Made by a program: the position numbers and the translations under genes. A model generated the notes under the pieces. The model was not told the origin of the DNA. It ran no database searches and saw only the letters and a list, made by a program, of their open reading frames with translations. From Chrysomallon squamiferum (taxonomy: Eukaryota; Animalia; Mollusca), in NCBI GenBank assembly GCA_012295275.1, contig CM022672.1, forward strand, positions 28,768,001-28,832,000: a stretch of DNA of 64,000 nucleotides, in the 5' to 3' direction. Positions 12,908 to 26,188 of this stretch are shown here, one piece after another (within the stretch, counting starts at the first letter, position 1; every line of letters begins with the position of its first letter).

Positions 12908-15783
12908 ATGTATCTGTTAACTAATACATTAAGTTCTTGGATAACTAACTAAAGTTTTCTATGTGTTCAGCCACAGAACAATAAACTGAATCCATATTTA
13001 GATAATTATATAACCAGTTTCAGACAATGACATAAGAAAAAAAATAACAGGAACAAAAAAAAATATGTTTTCAAAGATTTGTCATCATAATAAATATGTT
13101 TAAAGAAAAGTGTTTGTGTGTAGGTAATTATATTGCTATTAAAAAAAGACAAAAATAAAATTTAAATTAAAGAACAGTTGAAAAATTAACAGAAAACGAT
13201 GCAGTGAAATACATGTAATACTGTACTTTTACTCTGGCTTAGAAGATGCTAATAAAAGTCAGCTTTAATTTGAAATATTCAAAAGTCATCAACATTCTGT
13301 TTTAAAGTGTAAAATACTGTATATATAAACACTCAGTAAAATATTTTCAAAAACACTGAATTAAAGAAATGTCATTGGAATTACAAAGTACCTTACATCA
13401 GTCAATAGGGGTATTTTCTCTGAATTATTAAAACTAGTATTTTAATATAGGTGTAATAGCATTGGTTATTAATTAGGCTGGTGGCTTGAAGAAGTTGTAA
13501 ATTTGCACAGGAATTTGTTAGAAATATATTTATCTGGTGGTGTTATACTATAATTATAAATAATTATAATTTTCTTTTTTTAATGTAATAAAATAGATTA
13601 ATATGTTAATAACTGATTGTTGAAAGTTAAACATTAATATACTTGAGATTTGTTCCCATTGTTGCAAGGAATATTATAAATGCATCTTTCCAGCAGAATA
13701 AGGAAAATATATATAAAATCTAGTGAATGCATGAACTAAGAGCAGATCACACACATGAAAATCACACATATTATTAATGCTTAAATAAAATAAAACCATA
13801 TTACCATTTAGAATCATTCTTTGAGTGCAGATTTTATGCTGAAAGGAAACTGATATAAATTTTATTACTTCAGATTTTCAGAGTCTGTCCATGTTGGAAC
13901 ATCACATGTATTAGCTGTGTAGACCAACATTATTCTTCAGAATCACAATGTACAGCATATACCAGCATAGGAATAGATTCTCATGTGAGATGTGTTCTTT
14001 CATTCCTAGAAGAAACAAAACAAAAGCAAAACCATTTTCATTCTATATTTTTATCATATATTCATAGTTGACTTTGAGGATTCTTTTTTAATTATGTAGT
14101 AGGATTTTTATTATTATTATTACTGCTCGTGTGATAAAGTTACAAAAACATTTCAGTTGCTGTTCTGATTTCATACTGTTACAATGAAGGAGTTTTCAGT
14201 TCTTAATATGACATCTACTTGATGTCAGTGGTTTTGAAAAAAGTAATGGAAAAAGTAGTGTATTTCAATACTGTTACCTATATTAGATTTTATACATATG
14301 ATATTGTATTTTCCTACAGTTGGTTTGTTGTACAATGCTCTCTGAATTCTGTTATCGCTTGCTATTCCAGTTTACATAATCTAATTGCAGTTATTCTGAT
14401 TGGTGTAACACTGTAATATCTAAGTAAAACACTGCAGTGTTTTCAAATCACACCCACCCAACAAAAAGCCCAATTGATGTCAAATATTCCTTCTCCTCAC
14501 TGACTACAAGTGTGTTCCAGTGTTTGTGAGGGCCTGCTTCTGATCATCCTGCACATCATACATACAAGAAATTTTTGTCAAACTTTGAACTGATTTACTG
14601 ATAATTTTAGGTGTTTCATGTATGCACTTTGGCATTTTGAGGTAAGACTGAGGCAGTTAATTTTAACAATTGATACAGCAGTCAGTTTTGTCCTGTCAGT
14701 ACTAACCCACACAAGTCTGGTGTGTTGTCAGCATTAGTCAGGTCAACACAGTTATCACAGTATTTGAAACCAGGATTTTCCTTTCAGTGTCCCACCAAAT
14801 ACTTTTTATCCCTAGTGAAGCATACACAGAATTTCATAAGATTCTTTAATGGGATATTTCAATCAGTCTTCTGCCATTAGCTTAAGGCTCTGATAATACT
14901 TACCAGAAAAGAAATGAGTTCCTGATGATGCAGTGAGAACACACCATTTTGGGCACAAAGCTGAGAATGAAGAAAATCCATTCTTCTTTTCAGGATAGGA
15001 TTCGTTTCAAAAAGAATAAATCTCCTTGAGATTCAGTAATATGAACCACTTGTGATGTTTTCACTATTCTCATTATGAATATTCTCAGAATCCTTCATTT
15101 CAGAACTACTTTCATTAAAACTAATAATGTCATTTTTTTCTGATAAAACCTATCTGGTTCTTATCACATTATCCTAATATACCCTTCTGCTTTTTTTTTT
15201 TGATACAGTGTTATTTTTCACCAAAAGGTTTGTGGCACCAAATTTTTCATAATCCCATCTTTCTTCTAATATCACAACACAGGTAGTGTTAAACAAGATA
15301 TTAAAACTATGATACATTTTCCTACCACATTATAGTGTATTTTGTACATTAATGCACATTAATTAGCGAGGTTAATATTTTAGATTTTGACTAGTTATAA
15401 CAAGAACACATTATACACAACTGAAGATGGGAAGGTTATACCCACTGAATGATTTTATGTGGAATATCCCTATAGTTTGTGCAAATAATGTCATAAACTT
15501 CCTGTATAAGTACACTGTGAAACAAGGTGATGTGTACTTTAGATATATATTACTTTAGTATATAAATAGCCTGCAGATACTGCTAATAGTTTCGTGCTAT
15601 TAAATTGATATATAAATAATCTTTTGATATTAAACTAATATATACATATATTGTGTACAATTTTCCATTTACAATCATATATAAACAAATATATAATAGT
15701 TTCTATACACTGACTTGATAGTTAGCATTCAGATATTGATGTGTAAACAGTTCTGTGATTTTAAGTCCTATTTTGTATTTCAG

Positions 15784-16012
15784 AATGTGCTGTGCTATCT
15801 CTAAACAACACGATTCAACAACTTGCATTTACAAATGTCCAGAATGTCAGCGTCCATTTGGTTTCAACCATTCTCTTTTGCGACACATTCGCTGTGTGCA
15901 TCAGCGAATAAAAAACTTTCCCTGTAACAAGTGTGGAAAACGATTTACTCGAAGTGATGTTCTCAACAAACACATGGGCACTTGTACTCAGACATTTCAT
16001 AGCTCTAACTGA
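15784..16012 (+). CDS. Alternative terminal exon P9: C2H2 + C2HC zinc-finger pair
   Basis: Acceptor ttttgtatttcAG ends 15783, phase 2. CPECQRPFGFNHSLLRHIRCVH and CNKCGKRFTRSDVLNKHMGTC. Confidence 0.88.
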
Positions 16013-17692
16013 TTTCTAGCTGAGGAAATGATAATAATTACAATCATCTAGCAGAATGTGAAAAATAGTGATAAAAAAAAAGAGTTTAAAATGTGACTGT
16101 TTTAGGAAAGATTAAATACACCAGAAGAAAGCATGTCCATATACTATTGAAAGCAGTGTCTGGTTAAAGTATTAGACCATTACAAAGATGTTAAACAGAG
16201 TTGTTACATTCAGACACTGTGGTAAAGTGTGAAAATCAAAATAAGAGATTTATTTGTTATCTATCTAGATTCAAAAACATTCAAAACAGAAATATTTAAT
16301 TCTAAAATATTTCATATTACTTCAATTCTGTTCCTTGCTTTACTTTGTTTTTGTAAATGATGAAGATAACTGTTCGTGTGGCAGAACTGTCTTTTGTATG
16401 AGCAGAACACCTCTGAAGATATCTTACCTGGGAAAATAATAATCAAGACAATGTATTAATAACTAAACACACATACACACATATACACACACATACACAT
16501 ATAAACACATACACACATGCACATATACACACACATACACACAAACACACATTTGACCTGATGTACGTATAATCCTAGCCTGTTGTTACTTTTGGAGTAG
16601 CTGTTTTCTAGGCAATAAATTGTAGCCCTTTGATGTGATGTTTTTTCCATTTAGGAATGTGTGTAAGAAAAAACAATTTACCAAATACCTGACAGCTATG
16701 TTTTACATTTCTGATATTAAACAATCCAATATTAATAATAAACAATCCAAGACATTAATAATTGTTTAGAGTTCATTGTAATCTTTAGAAAATATTAATT
16801 GTTATTATTGTGAAAAATATGTCTTTACTAAATCCTCTTTTTATTATTTATGTGTTCATTATAGAAATATACAACATATTACTATTGTGACAAGCCAGTA
16901 TTGGTACAGGGTGGTGAATAATGTGGTGCATAGCATGAAGGTCAAAGTTGGAAAAAGATTTTGTCCCAAATTTTCTTTGAAATGACATAGTATTTATCAT
17001 TACAATAGAAAAAATCGGTAATGAATTTAGCAACCTTTTTTTCATCCATGGCCTTCTAGGCAAAGACACAGAATAGGGCCTCAACATACACAAGCACAAA
17101 AAGTTACTGACAGCAATCCACAACATATATAATAAACTGCATGGGACCCTAGTTGAACAGACAATTCAGTAAATGCTGAATCATAAAATGGTGTGATTAA
17201 TATATAATGATACCAAATATTTGCTAGTTTTTTCATCAACAGATATATATATATATATAGTTGTGATGTTAAATTTGTTGATTTTATCTTGGAGGATTTT
17301 TCTGCTGTCTATAAAATTCAGGATATGTTATTCTGTTAGATGTGTTTATTTATTTATTATATCTTTTTCATTTTATTTATTTATTTATTTTTATTATTTT
17401 TTTTTTTTTTTTTTTTTTCAATTTTAGCTTATAATTGAAAATGTATAATTCACAAATATTTATCTAATACTGACAAATTCCACTCTTATGATAAATGAAT
17501 TTCTGTTCTGTGCTATTTTTTAATTGATATTATGGTATAAGTATTTATAATCATCATTATATCATTTCAAGATAATCCAGACAAAATGCCACAGCTAAAT
17601 AATATATTATTAGCAGCATGTATAAGGGACTTATGTGTTTTGTTTATTTCAATAATAATTAAAGTATTATTTTCATTCTTTTTTCTTTTCAG

Positions 17693-18008
17693 GACACTTC
17701 AAAAAAGATTAAGGCAAATAAATAAAATTAATAAGGGAAGTAAGAATTTTCATCCATTTTCTTGTTTTGTTTGTTCCAAATTGTTCACCTACCGCTCAGC
17801 TTTAGTACGTCATCAGCGCACCCTGCATCAACAACAGAAGAAAAGATTTCTGTGCACTTTCTGTGAGGCATCATTCAGTCGTCAAGACAACCTCACTCAG
17901 CATGCTAAAATACACAGACCATGCAGTCACTGTGGCAAAATATCACTCAGCAGTGAAGAGTGGAAAAAACATTTAAAGGAGCATTTTCAATTACAAAAAC
18001 AAATTTAA
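17693..18008 (+). CDS. Alternative terminal exon P10 (last of + array): three C2H2 fingers
   Basis: Acceptor ttcttttttcttttcAG ends 17692, phase 2. CFVC..HQRTLH, CTFC..HAKIH, CSHC..HLKEH. AATAAA overlaps the stop (18007-18012). Confidence 0.87.
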
Positions 18009-18276
18009 TAAACTGTACTAGCTTTCAGAATTAAAAAACAATTATGTTTTAAATGATTGCTATTGCTTTTTTCTGAATATTGATGAGATTGAAACCAAAT
18101 ATTTCCCAGTAATTCAGGAGCTGCATAAGAATTAATGGGGCTGAACAACTTCTGGCATTTGCTTATCCAATCCAAATTTAAAGGTGAACATCTCAACAAT
18201 GTTAAAGTGCATTTAGCTGATCAGGACACAGATACAGGAAGCAGCATTCTTTTATTTTTATAAAATTAGCTCAGTA

Positions 18277-18640
18277 GTGTTAACAAAAGAGAAAGACAAG
18301 CTAGTTTATAAAGAATATACTAATATTGAAAGTGAATGTTTTTATCAGAAAAATCATGTGATAAAGAGGAAAAGTTGGCCAAAACTTGTAGATATGGAAA
18401 ATGACAAAATGAATAATTTTCAGATGGTTGTGCCAGAAATTATTGACAGGACATTCTGAGTTTGAGTCACAAAGGTTTGTTTGAGGGTAATGTAGGATGT
18501 ATGAATAGGCTTATATTGCATGGGTTTTTTTATTGACTGGGCATATATACTGACACAAATATGCTAACTAAATATCAAGTGGCAGGTAAGCCCAATCAGG
18601 TAATTCCTCCAGCACCTATGAAATTAATTCCAAATACATT
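18277..18640 (+). mobile_element. Gypsy LTR-retrotransposon pol relic (integrase zinc-binding region)
   Basis: Fragments QMVVPE...LSLSH... and YQVAGKPNQVIPPAPMKLIP match the Gypsy integrase motif CQ.VGKPNQ.IPPAPL.PIP; interrupted by stops/frameshifts. Confidence 0.72.
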
Positions 18641-19064
18641 TTGTGGAGGTCTTGAAACAAATCTGGATGTAAAGATCCTCAATCAAGTACCACTTTATTT
18701 GGATGTCAGTATGATGAGGTCTCTGGTGTGCATTCTTCGATGCCAAATCTTTACTTTTTCAGTGGAAAATACTAATAGGTTTACAGCCAGCTGCTGAATT
18801 TCACCAGACTGCTGTGATGTTCTGGCTTCATGTGTAGTCAGTGCAATATTTCATCTTTTCAATATGTACAGAACAGGACGTAGTTTGTCAGGTTCATCCT
18901 CCTCCATCTCTTAACTGTGGCAGAAGTGGACAGATGTTGTAATTGTTGTTATGACTGTATTTATATGTATGTTTTACTTAAATGTGTAAATAAAATTTCT
19001 TATTTGATGTAATTTTGATTTCTCTTATTTGACTTTAAAATAAGCTGCTTTCGTATTTAATATA

Positions 19065-19291
19065 CAGGGTGTCCCAGAAGTCACGCACCATGAAGATTTT
19101 TATTTAGATACATATGAATAAAATTTTTATTAATAATAATCATAACAAATGCTCAAATTGCTTGCCCTCTGCATTGATACATACTTCAATTCTCTTTATA
19201 AAACTGTTTTTTACTCTGTTGAGGGTTTCGCTACTAATTTATGTGTATCTAAATAAAAATCTTCATGGTGCGTGACTTCTGGGACACCCTG
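19065..19291. mobile_element. Tc1/mariner-superfamily MITE, 227 bp
   Basis: 48-bp perfect terminal inverted repeats starting CAGGGTGTCCCAGAAGTCACGCACC, flanked by TA on both sides. Interior (- strand) encodes transposase C-terminus LNRVKNSFIKRIEVCINAEGKQFEHLL*. Confidence 0.92.
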
Positions 19292-22200
19292 TATATATCA
19301 ATGAATATCCTGAAAAAAAACCAAACCCCCCAAAAAACCTGGAACTGGTGGCCAAATGCCTACGTTTTTTTAACTTTTGGTTGAGCAACTTGTACACTGG
19401 GTGAATCAATGTTTGGATTCAGGGGTAGGCATGAAATTTGTAACATAACTGCACAAATAAAACCATCAAACATACATCTCTCTGTCTGTTATGTATGAAT
19501 GTTTGATATGAGGGCATCATAATGTAATCAGTTTTTGTGTTTGATAGTAAATAAGTTATGATTAAATAAATAAAAACCACACACATATACACACTCTGTG
19601 TTTGCATATGAATCTAGAAGAATCATGTTTATGTGGGTGGGTAAAAGGAAATAACTATCCACATACCATAGTATGAAACTAAATAAATAATAATGAAGCT
19701 AAAAAAATCCATTTTTGGATGGACTATCACTCTGTGTGCTTCAGTATGAATGTAGAAGAATCCATGTTAGGGTGGAGCCAATCTGGAAAGAATCAATTTG
19801 TATGTATCACAGAATGAAAATAATTTTGCATGATGGTAGGAAACTGAAACAAATAATAAATAAAAACACACTCTACTTGGTATGAAGAATCTATGAATGG
19901 ATTGACAGGCAAATATGACTCCTATTATGAAAACATGATCAAGCAAACACCTCATAGAAGGAAAGAGAAAGGGATTCTCATTACACTTGCATGACACAAG
20001 AGAGTGTTGAGTAGATCAAATTGTAATGAACCGGTTGCAGTGTTTTGTTGTTGTTTTCCACTGGTTGATGCTCCGGGATTTGTGCAGTTCGTTCAATTTG
20101 TGGTTTTCATCACCAGGTTCGTGAAGGTCGGTCCTATCTGCTGTTCAGTTCTTGGGTGCTCTTGACATTTTCATCTCCTTGCTGGCTCTTTCTTTATCAT
20201 TCAACAATTCCCAATATTTATTTATTTCTTTTCTTTTTTTGCCAATGGTCTTTTTATTGGTTTAAAAAATATTAATAACATCAGTAATTAAAACAGTAAT
20301 AGTCAATTTGTGCTGAACATATTTTCAAATGTTGACAAAATTTCATTTGACCTATATTAGGTTGTTTAATTTTTATTTCCTCTTTTTGAAGCCTACAAGT
20401 TTAGTTGTGCACAATAACCCATGCTCTTTATATGTGCTCTTACAAGTAAAAGTGGAAGAATGTATGTGTGGATGAGAGGGGCTAAAATGGAATCATGGAT
20501 AAAGAAGCATGGATGAAATGTGTTTATAAGAATGCACATACAAATAGAAACCTGTCAATAAACATACAGTCTCTGTCGCCGTGCTTGGATATTAATGTGG
20601 AAAAATCTGTGGTTTCTGTACCCAAGCACACAGTATGAAAGAAATCAGTTGGTACGTATGTGTGCTTGGTGTGAATGTGCTACAGTCTATGTTTGGATGG
20701 CTTGGTTGTCACAGTGCCAGTGCCTAAAATGCTCAATACAATTGGTAAATTTTAAATTGTGACAGTAAAACATATATCCACTAGATAAACAACATAAACA
20801 AGAGTGCAGTTCGAGTTATTTATTTATATGCAAAATAGAGTTTGTAATAATATAATATAAAAAAAATAAACACAACTAAATTATTTATGGTTTTGTGGAA
20901 ACCTGACTTAAAATACGGAATCAACTGAATCCCAATTAGACAGAATCGGTTACAGAGAAACAAGTATATAAGTTTTACATATATATTAATTAAACAAATA
21001 TGACATTAATGACACAGATTACACTGCCTAATGATGGTATAAAAAACAAAAACACAAAAAAAACAAAGGGAGAAATGTATTTTACCATATCCCTCTGCCA
21101 AATGCTTATCAAAGAAAGACCAAAGTCCCATGACTCAAACCGCCATGATGTACAACCACCTGCTTGTCACTTCTTCTTTGAGACCCAGAACTTGAAGCTG
21201 GTTGAAAACTGCAGGATCAAAGAAGAAGGCAAAGCGACATGTGCAAACAAATTTCAAAACTTTATTACTTTGTCACACAAACCTTGCCCTGTCATGGACT
21301 CTAATTAATGCAAGTTTGAAATTTAAAAACTGACTTCACAAGTTCCTGTAGAATGGTATTACAAATTGTAAAACAAAACTAATTATTTGCACATACCGGC
21401 AGATAAAGATAGTTTATTTACTGATTATGATTATTAATACATTAATTATAATTAGTTGTTATTTTGTTCTTTTCTTTATTTCAATACAGACACTCACAAG
21501 ATTATATACATATAAAAATGAGTACTCTAATAAAATATCTATAGTATATAGAAAAGAAATGTATCTAATGAAATCGGGTTTTATGTAGAACAAAGTCGTG
21601 ATTATCTATCTTCCTCAGAGTGGTATGGATGATTTCATAAATGATCATATGAAAAGAAACCGTCAGTAAACTGAGCTCGTCCTCGAGTATTAATGTGGAA
21701 TAACCCGTATTTCTTTTAATCAGTTAAATTTTGTTTAATATTTATTTAAACTTCCAGCAATGCTTATGCTTCAAAGAAATGGGAGAAATATATATTTAGT
21801 TGTTCAGTGGTGTATTGTTAAACTATTATGTAACCTCTTTTGGTCTGGAAAAACTGATGATCGAGAAAGACTTTGGAAAATTGGTAATGTACTTCACACA
21901 CACATCAGATGTTTTAAATATTTTTTTATACATTTGTTTCTTAGAAAGAAATTATGACACAAAAGACTTTTATATTTTATTTATTTCTCTTACAACTACT
22001 TTAAATTTATAAACTGTAAAACATGTATATGAAAACAGTTAAAGGAAAGTTTGTTTATTCCGATTTACTAAAACAAAATAGTTATGTTGGTTAAACCGTT
22101 TGAACTTCAGTAATTGAAAAATTTTATACTACATTCACTGCCAAATATCCTAAACATATTTATAAAATATCCTAAATTTATATTTGTATTTTATATATCA

Positions 22201-22448
22201 CATACATTATTTAAACAAATTATTGTTTTGATTCATATAACTTCAATTAAAAGTACCAAATGTGGTAATGTCATTTTTATTTTGAAAAATTAACTTCAAA
22301 TACACTTAATGACAGAGAAATATATTCTAATTTTGTTTAGTGATGTACAAAAGCTTAATGTATTAAAATAAACAATTATTTGGCACATATGTAGTATATA
22401 TATACATATATAGAATGCTGCAACATTGTTTTATTTTATTTATTATTA

Positions 22449-23307
22449 CAGTGCTTATTGTAGGGATGTCTGTTGGGCCGAGTAAAAATGTCCTGTCATC
22501 GGGACAAAATTACAATTTTTAATATATGTTAACTATCTGTATTTACATGCACCACACCACAACAGAAATAAATCATCGTGGCCAGGCATTGCCATAGCAA
22601 GCAGCCCAGCTTTCTTCTACAATACAACTGCAAAAATATTGAATTCATTGATGGATGTAAACAAAATATTTTGAACGGCATAAAACTCAAAAGCAAATGT
22701 TGCATTTGAAACCTAATACAGCTCTGATTTGCGCCAGCTGCACAATAAAAAAACAAAAGGTGCTGTGTATAAAAACATATGTGGAACGATGATGAATGAT
22801 TGAATTATCAAAATTATGTACCAAATAGGTTGAACTTGCATGTTTTGGCAAGCGTTTGGCAATTGAAATTTATGGAACCTTGTTATCGACAAAAACAATA
22901 TACCTTGCAGTTCATATATAGCAGCTGTTCAAATAAAATTATTTATTTTAGAGAAAACAAATCCAAATCAGTTATTCCATATTTAATTTGAAAAGTTACA
23001 ATATATATAGCAGTTGTAAGAGACCCAAAACAATTTACAGAATATGTGGCCAGTCTGCAAATGTTGGATATTGTGGACAGTATCAGATAGATGAGGATGA
23101 AACATCCGATGTTGTTGACAAGATTTTGGATTGCTGGCTAGCAACCTTTGAAGGATATGGATATAAAGACAATAAAATAAATGAAAAAAACAAACTATCT
23201 GTTTGCTTTAAGAGTGGAATAATAATGTAAAATGATGTCCATTGATCTAAGGGACATTTGAAAAAAGAATCAGGACTCAAACATGGCCATTTAAGACTTT
23301 ACCACTG
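22449..23307. mobile_element. Non-autonomous DNA-transposon-like repeat, copy 1 (hAT-like ends)
   Basis: Collinear shared blocks with 26189-27042 (ggacaaaattac; cattgatggatg; tgaattatcaaaattatgtac; gaaaacaaatccaaatcag; attgat.taagggacat). Begins CAGTG, ends ACCACTG. Confidence 0.65.
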
Positions 23308-24752
23308 TTTGTATATCTGAAAGATAAGAAGAAAGACAAGAAGATAAAAGAAGAGGTTACAAATGTGGGTCAGTATACTGAAGGCCAATCTACCGCAGAA
23401 AGCAATTATGGTGATTACTAGCATAAACTGGAAATGAGAGATAGCACACACACACACACACACACAAATATACACACACATTTGTTTTGTATTTAAAAAT
23501 TTTAAAATTAAAAATAAATAATAATAATAATGCTTAGTGGACCAAAAAAGGCTTTGTTTTGTCTTTGTTGTTGTTTTATTCTTGCTTTATTTATTTATTT
23601 ATTATTATTTTGTTGTTGTTGTTGTTATTGTGCTGTTTTATTCCTATAAATTATTTGAATGTAATATTTTAAATATTTTTCAGGCTCAGTTAGGGAAGGT
23701 TTAACACTGTGGCAAACTACATTTCAAGATGGCTGATTTGAATCATACGTCCCAATAAAATATGCTTTAAATAAATAAATAAAATAAAAATGTAATTGCA
23801 GAAAGTGTATCAATCTCTGAAATGAAGCGTGAAAATGGGTTTCAATTTATTTTATTTCACTGAATAAAAAAGCTTATTACAGCCTCAGATTAGTAAATGT
23901 GAATCGGCAGCACCTTCACATGCTCTCTTTCAACTTCCCTTTTCCCTGTTTTTTCTGATGGTTACAAGAAATTGGGTCCAAACTGTAAGAGTTACTACAA
24001 ATTTAAATTATTTCATTGTGTTGCCATGGTGACATTTTTATTTTATTTGTGTGATAGCAGTCAATAAACTATCAACAGAACTTCTGTTATTCCATTGTTT
24101 AAAGATACCAGAAATAAAATATATGACAACACAGTCAAACTACAACACAGTTTTGATAAAACGATATAATAATAAGATAATTGTTTTCGAATATCTTACA
24201 GGTGATACTGTTTATTCTAGACGTTGTATTTCTGTCTGTTTCAAAACAAATAATTAAGTTCTAATTGTATACATTATTTCAGTTTTCTTTGCCAATTCTC
24301 TTTTTCTGTTTTATATTTAACACATGTATTCAAAACATGACAAGAAAATGTCTTAATAAAGAAAGCAGCATTGGTTTACTAATCGCCATATTCAGTTAAA
24401 AATGATAGAGCAAATATCTGCAACAATGTTTTTACTTTTTTTCATAATTTTTTGTTTTGTTCTTTTCTCTCAGCTAAATCTTATGAAAATATTAACAATA
24501 TAGTTTTTACAATGTGGGGATAATCCTGGTGGATGATAAAGTTTAATACCATGTGTTGTCATACAGACATCCAAAAAACGTCGTCAAGAAATAGAGATTT
24601 ATTATTATTATTATTATTATTATACGTTAAATATAAAAAATATATGTATATTTCAGTGTTGTTTCTTTTTCTTATGCCATAGATTATACATGACAAACAA
24701 ACAAAATTACAATAATAAAAAAAAAAAAAAAAATTAAATTAAAGTTAAATTA

Positions 24753-24803
<51 letters not shown>
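24753..24803. repeat. (AAT)n microsatellite
   Basis: Direct tandem AAT run; a poly-A run of about 32 nt lies at 25142-25173. Confidence 0.9.
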
Positions 24804-24804
<1 letters not shown>

Positions 24805-25141
24805 TAAACTGCATGAGGTACAATTATTGCATTCTGTTCGTTTTCCCTCACATCTCATGAACATCAGTATTAAATATGATTATAATTTATATTTTGTTCT
24901 AAACTGAAGAATGAGAATTATTATTTTTTTTTTACATTTCTGCAGTACCTGATGAATGCTGGATTGGTGAGAGAGGATCTAGCGAAAAAGAAATAACTAG
25001 TTATCTGTCCGCCATTTGCCTTTTCAATAGCCACATAGAGTGATGAGCCCTGCAGTCTATCAGTAAAAGAAAATTAATTTTTTGTATCAATACCATAAAT
25101 ACAGATCAGCTTCTTTCCTTTAGAAAACAGTTTATTTGAAG

Positions 25142-25175
<34 letters not shown>

Positions 25176-26188
25176 ATGAAAAGAAAAGAAAAGAAAAACA
25201 TTATAATAATAATAATAAAATAAAATTATAAAATTTTATTATTATTATTTATAATGTTTTTCTATTCTTTTCATTCTGTTTTTAAAATTATAAAATTTTA
25301 TTTTTAAGATAACACGAAAAATTAATTTGGTTCCTAACAAATGTGTTTGTGATTTAATGTTCACCATGAGTGGATCTATTATGAAACTATTTAGCTTAAT
25401 CTTCATGGCCTCTAATCCAGGACAGGCCCCAGAAGCAACTTTAATCAAAATCTGTAGTGCCGTGGTTACATTTTTTAAAAATTAATGACAATTTGAAATT
25501 TAAACATATTTAAAAAGGAAAATTTACGATGAATAAATATAATGAAAAACAGTTATTTAAAAGTATCAACAACATTTTAAAAATTAAATAAATAAAAATA
25601 TGGGTATTAATTCTGTCTTCATTTCGTACATATTTTATCACTTACATGAACAACATCAGCAGAACGTTTTGGTTAAGCCTTAATAAATGATTCTAAAACT
25701 TTAAAGAAATCATAAGCCTGAAGATCAGACACTTGCAATGTACAAGAAAATGAGAACTGTGATTGAATTTTCTTAACTCAGTGATCCATTGATATTATTC
25801 CCTGGGTGAAGAAAAACAGCTGATCAGTGTTCAAAGGGCAACACGTAATTAGACACAAGTACAACTTCAACACAGTAGAGATTTGTGAAAGTTTTCTATC
25901 ACTGATATTAATGAAATCATTCTGAAACAATCATTCTTTAGTGCCCGTCGTAGATGTGCTTCACAACAGCTTGCTCTGATTAACGCGTTAATTCTTTTTC
26001 AGTTTCAGAGACAACCATTCATGACCTCTGAGCAATGGTTGTCTCTGAAACTGAAACTGATGAGGTTCATGGTTAATGACGTTGTTTAAATATAACATTG
26101 TTATAAGATGTGTTTTTTTTTGTTTTTTTTACATAGCTTTATTTTATTTTATTTTATTTTTCATTCTTTCTTTCTTTCTTTGAGATTA

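Noticed and set aside
835-18008. One long poly-finger protein made by chaining the exons
   Set aside because: Every exon has an in-frame stop shortly after its last finger; I saw no conserved donor before the stops.
835-18008. + strand exons trans-spliced directly to the constant donor at 46539, as in mod(mdg4)
   Set aside because: Phase mismatch (donor phase 0, acceptors phase 2); the other constant donor is phase 1. It would need an unseen donor or adaptor exon.
21845-21880. CTGATGA-tcga-GAAA resembling a minimal hammerhead ribozyme core (also CTGATGA near 26057)
   Set aside because: Flanking stems I and III cannot be formed; the second site has no correctly placed GAAA.
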